DNA of 64,000 nt. Origin: Phoronis australis (lineage: Eukaryota > Animalia > Phoronida). Every line of letters begins with the position of its first letter. Position 1 is the first letter of the stretch. This document shows, in pieces, positions 62,001-64,000 of this stretch. Below the pieces are notes generated by a model. That model saw nothing but the letters and a program-made list of their open reading frames with translations, made no database searches and had not been told where the DNA came from. Location: positions 1,043,957 through 1,107,956 of the forward strand of contig NMRA01000072.1 in NCBI GenBank assembly GCA_002633005.1, given 5' to 3'. A program made the position numbers and the translations under genes.

Positions 62001-63950
62001 GCCAAACTAGCAACATACAGGATTACAGAATGCGGCCCTAGTCTATTCAGAATAACCACTTTCTTACCTCCTTTACTGGAGTCATTGTCATTGGTCGTGG
62101 CCCTGGTGACGCAGGCGATGATCGCTCTGTGGACTGCTTCACTTGGGCCAGGCTTCGTGGCTTGGGAGTGGACATAGCGGACGGGCCTGAAGTGGGCATG
62201 TGCGAGATCATTGAACCGGAGACTGCTGATGGTGCTCCAGCCAAAATGGAGACATCCTCCCCTGGCAACATGGGTGGTCTCTCGCGGGGTAGTTGGGGGG
62301 TGGTGGCAAGGATCTGAGGATGAAATTAGAACATGCGAAACAAAACAAAGACAAAAATACATATATGTTGTGCACTTGTGTTTTCACAAAAACACGGATT
62401 CCATTTTTTATGATTTCTTGAACTGCATCTGTGCGCACTGAATTATGAGATAGGTTAAAAACGTTTTCAGGTTGTGTGTTGAGCGGCGTGCTAAAAGGTC
62501 ACACTACCAGGTCGTAGATTTGTCTGCACCTCTAATAACTTCTTATTTAACCCTTATCCTGCTGAGCCTCTATTCAGACTACTTTCCCTGTGTGTTGAGC
62601 TACTGCTGTACACTAAGCTGTTATAAAGGTCACCCAGACTAATGACCTAACAATTTTAAATTGGAATTTTGAAGGGGAAATGTTAATTTCATAGAAAACA
62701 AGCCAACATAAAAGTTGTCCAGAATTTAATGGAGATTCTCACCATATGTAAATCTTCATCATAACCTTAGTGACAGTAACCTGATCCACTGTCATCATCT
62801 CACGTCTGGCTCCAGCCATATAATGAAACTATGTGTGTACACTTACATAAACCTGCCAATATCTCCCAAACTAGTAATCACAGCCATATGGTTTTAATCG
62901 GAGAAATGAAGAGGAAACCGTGAACTGTGGAATGGGCATGCTCATATATCTACACAACATTCCAAGGCTCTTACAATTTCTGAATGAAAATCACAAGTGT
63001 CCTCGGGTGAGTGCACTCTCCTAGCGCAGCCTAGCTGCAGCTTATCATAGTCGATTGAGTACACCCAAAGCATTGTACTAGGATAATTGGCAAGTCGGCT
63101 GACCTCGCCTAGCACAGAATAATGGTTAAGAGTTTCCCCTCAGTTGCACATTTTCTTCATTATGACTGGTCACATTCTTTGGGGAAGAAACATCGAAGTG
63201 CCACCAAGAGCTATTCCTCAGCCAGTCTTAAACCACCAACGTACTAACAATCACACACATGGTATTAAAGCTTTAAAATGATTGTTAAGCACTTAGTAGA
63301 GGTACATGCTACATAAAAGCCTAGATTATTATCATTACTTAACGACATTAAGCAGCCATGATACTGTCTGCCAGACTGACTCACCTGAGCAACTGTCTTG
63401 GTTGACGCTTTAGGAGGTATATAAGAGTACTGCCATCTCAGGTCTATGTCCATTGCACCATTGACAGAACCATCGTCCTAGGCAAGGCGCAGCAAAAAAA
63501 AAAAGGTGATGAAGAAAATCAAGACAAATAAATAGGCGATACTTTTTTTAATAAAATCCCAAAGTCGTTGCTGTCTTCGTTTGCAATTTCTTAAACTTGT
63601 ACCCTCTACATTCATTTAGTTAATATCTTCATTATTATGCTTTCAGTTGGTAATGACATGTATTTGCTTACATAGTTATCAACAAACACAAGCCCTGCCT
63701 TGCATGAACTACTAAACGCGAGACTGCTGATTACGCTGGGATACAAAATTAAGCATTTCAATGACGCATCTTGTTTCATTTTGATTTTACACTTGGATAA
63801 AGAAACAAGTCAAGCTCTACTTACCCTCTTCAGTTCAAAAGTGCCCTTAATGGCCTTGTCATGCGCCAAGGCCAACATGGGTACAGTGGCGACACCTAAA
63901 TAGGTCGCTTCCTCAGGGTCCGTGTCATCGAATACGTAGACCAGAAGTGG
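43930..63950 (-). CDS. RPGRIP1L: RPGRIP1L/fantom ciliary transition-zone protein, 3' part (gene continues beyond window end)
   Basis: 16 phase-consistent exons: 63950-63825, 63477-63385, 62313-62068 (duplicate 61343-61098), 60209-59834, 59311-59207, 58378-58262, 55777-55517, 54973-54905, 52599-52540, 51801-51710, 49481-49424, 47438-47317, 46754-46562, 45998-45914, 45440-45307, 44030-43930. C2 motif YVFDDTDPEEATYLGVATVPMLALAHDKAIKGTFEL and C-terminal RPGR-interacting C2 domain (LFVEYRF...EELETPFSLPKP, FTIVSEP...ECCDVGLAFVSL) are typical of RPGRIP1/RPGRIP1L. Confidence 0.93.
44362..44475. repeat. Palindromic 25-bp minisatellite
   Basis: Unit contains the perfect 22-bp palindrome tgtaccagacatgtctggtaca. 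Confidence 0.92.
44560..44657 (-). mobile_element. Possible truncated tRNA-derived SINE head
   Basis: Minus strand gaggcagtgtggtctagtgg (A box); B box not evident. Confidence 0.3.
44988..45300. repeat. (CAC/CCA)-rich low-complexity repeat in the last RPGRIP1L intron
   Basis: Degenerate triplet array with two ~45-bp direct units ending gcagtggcccccacgactactgccacc. Confidence 0.9.
45307..45440 (-). CDS. RPGRIP1L: RPGRIP1L RPGR-interacting C2 domain exon
   Basis: ICFTIVSEPSEDSDDEECCDVGLAFVSLRDILKTGHDLMDQDVD, donor gtaagt. Confidence 0.93.
45914..45998 (-). CDS. RPGRIP1L: RPGRIP1L RPGR-interacting C2 domain exon
   Basis: VFHVDMENNYEHRQYLASMLLPDDPDDG+R, phase 1-2. Confidence 0.92.
46562..46754 (-). 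CDS. RPGRIP1L: RPGRIP1L RPGR-interacting C2 domain exon
   Basis: VSDTVVIIISHLSL...LFVEYRFLGYPAEELETPFSLPKPKPLSQIAFNFRK. Confidence 0.93.
47317..47438 (-). CDS. RPGRIP1L: RPGRIP1L linker exon
   Basis: DSDDDVTIPDSTQKTEEPDEDSDSEGLVVASPTRGLSSAAM, phase 1-0. Confidence 0.82.
49424..49481 (-). CDS. RPGRIP1L: RPGRIP1L acidic linker exon
   Basis: PLEDTTFGEEVEDEEEEE+E/G, phase 0-1, donor gtaatg. Confidence 0.8.
49777..51374. mobile_element. Sola1-like DNA transposon, internally deleted (1598 bp)
   Basis: 34-bp TIR gtgacccaccaccacaaaatgagtcttaagtcgg / ccgacttaagactcattttgtgatggtgggtcac (1 mismatch); AAAT TSD at 49773-49776 and 51375-51378 fits the Sola1 AWWT preference; interrupted coding-like relic on minus at about 50400-50830. 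Confidence 0.85.
51710..51801 (-). CDS. RPGRIP1L: RPGRIP1L acidic linker exon
   Basis: DDVGDEESEDEADLVASEMARAAMTAGATAK, phase 1-0. Confidence 0.8.
52540..52599 (-). CDS. RPGRIP1L: RPGRIP1L small basic exon
   Basis: GKKSKGKTGNRSKNANEIVA, 60 nt, phase 1-1, acceptor tatttttcag, donor gtaagt. Confidence 0.78.
54095..54312. repeat. tacctacatgtacacc-type minisatellite
   Basis: Repeated ctacatgta / acctac motifs. Confidence 0.85.
54364..54750 (+). mobile_element. MITE with ~35-bp imperfect TIR and internal (GT)n microsatellite
   Basis: agtgtcccgtccacacacagcctaccctagaacaa / ttgttctaagggtaagtctgtgtacggatggcact; (GT)n at about 54486-54525; related copies at 23223-23567 and about 17908-18146. Confidence 0.75.
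54905..54973 (-). CDS. RPGRIP1L: RPGRIP1L small basic exon
   Basis: AEESKLPQSNKKKSKFSLKSIFG, 69 nt, phase 1-1, acceptor gccttag, donor gtgaga. Confidence 0.72.
55517..55777 (-). CDS. RPGRIP1L: RPGRIP1L linker exon
   Basis: GSNDTPTSDISESEPF...KKKATVVEK, 261 nt, phase 1-1. Confidence 0.8.
58262..58378 (-). CDS. RPGRIP1L: RPGRIP1L linker exon
   Basis: DDDEGTMETGELSDTLQSDE...PLPPPQQLHP, phase 1-1. Confidence 0.78.
58786..59072. mobile_element. MITE with ~55-bp imperfect TIR (PIF/Harbinger-like GG termini)
   Basis: gtttcatgaaaagtgactagagacttaagacagaaacttgg vs ccaaatttccttcttaagtcttaatcactttcataaaac. Confidence 0.65.
59207..59311 (-). CDS. RPGRIP1L: RPGRIP1L acidic linker exon
   Basis: DEEVEANKQIEESVEVSSQENSPELEVDNEVIVSQ, phase 1-1, donor gtaaga. 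Confidence 0.82.
59834..60209 (-). CDS. RPGRIP1L: RPGRIP1L linker exon
   Basis: VETPKAVRPVPMRRMGDAKKTVEFSDD...KSKPR+G, phase 0-1. Confidence 0.82.
61098..61343 (-). CDS. RPGRIP1L: RPGRIP1L Pro/Ser-rich linker exon (copy 1, probable allelic duplicate)
   Basis: Near-identical to 62068-62313 (GPTISH vs GSMISH). Confidence 0.7.
62068..62313 (-). CDS. RPGRIP1L: RPGRIP1L Pro/Ser-rich linker exon (copy 2)
   Basis: ILATTPQLPRERPPMLPGED...MTPVKE, 246 nt, phase 0-0. Confidence 0.8.
62551..63125. mobile_element. piggyBac-like MITE
   Basis: TTAA at 62547-62550 and 63126-63129; termini cccttatcctgctgagc / gcctagcacagaataatgg (imperfect). Confidence 0.5.
63385..63477 (-). CDS. RPGRIP1L: RPGRIP1L exon (end of C2)
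   Basis: DDGSVNGAMDIDLRWQYSYIPPKASTKTVAQ; donor gtgagt. Confidence 0.92.
63825..63950 (-). CDS. RPGRIP1L: RPGRIP1L exon (C2 domain)
   Basis: PLLVYVFDDTDPEEATYLGVATVPMLALAHDKAIKGTFELKR; donor gtaagt. Confidence 0.93.
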
Positions 63951-64000
63951 CTGAAATAAACACCCACAAGGCATCAACAAAATCCTAGCAAGAAAAAGAC

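Larger units (their letters stand above)
60452..62383. repeat. Tandem ~950-bp duplication (60452-61399 / 61401-62383) joined at a single N
   Basis: Near-identical copies with a few SNPs and a ~22-bp indel near 61889; junction is the N at 61400. Confidence 0.92.

Noticed and set aside
59842-62441. Plus-strand and alternative-frame ORFs overlapping RPGRIP1L exons
   Set aside because: They are shadow ORFs of GC-richer coding exons, with no independent features.
62780-62830. Extra RPGRIP1L exon
   Set aside because: Weak splice sites, lies inside a piggyBac-like MITE, and is not needed for frame.

Overview
This is eukaryotic (metazoan) genomic DNA, AT-rich and intron-rich, from a fragmented and apparently highly heterozygous assembly (N gaps at 5206-5440 and 19713-20505; single Ns at 16105 and 61400). 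A marine invertebrate deuterostome is my inference from the vertebrate-like intron positions; it is not proven. By manual splicing (all junctions GT-AG and phase-consistent) I reconstructed four genes. (1) A complete 4-exon fatty-acid-binding protein (iLBP/FABP, minus strand, 139 aa). (2) A complete 6-exon tail-anchored cytochrome b5 (minus, 132 aa, including a 27-nt microexon). (3) A complete tyrosine aminotransferase with 10 coding exons (plus, 419 aa), divergent from cytochrome b5. (4) The 3' 16 exons of RPGRIP1L/fantom (minus), convergent with TAT. Two tandem duplications (15742-18146 vs 20506-23473; 60452-61399 vs 61401-62383) look like uncollapsed haplotypes; the first exposes presence/absence transposon polymorphisms. 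Non-autonomous DNA transposons with readable TIRs/TSDs are abundant (Kolobok-like, Sola1-like, CAG-ended elements with 5- and 6-bp TSDs, piggyBac-like, Harbinger-like). I cannot support a wholly new biological system. The best leads are: a much-expanded RPGRIP1L linker containing a MARCKS-like polybasic motif on symmetric cassette exons; a tandemly repeated, in-frame open extension behind the RPGRIP1L stop codon; a fold-back element with hammerhead-ribozyme-like motifs between the TAT and RPGRIP1L 3' ends; a phased nuclear-receptor/HNF1-like cluster upstream of TAT; and linkage of three genes whose human homologues lie on 16q.
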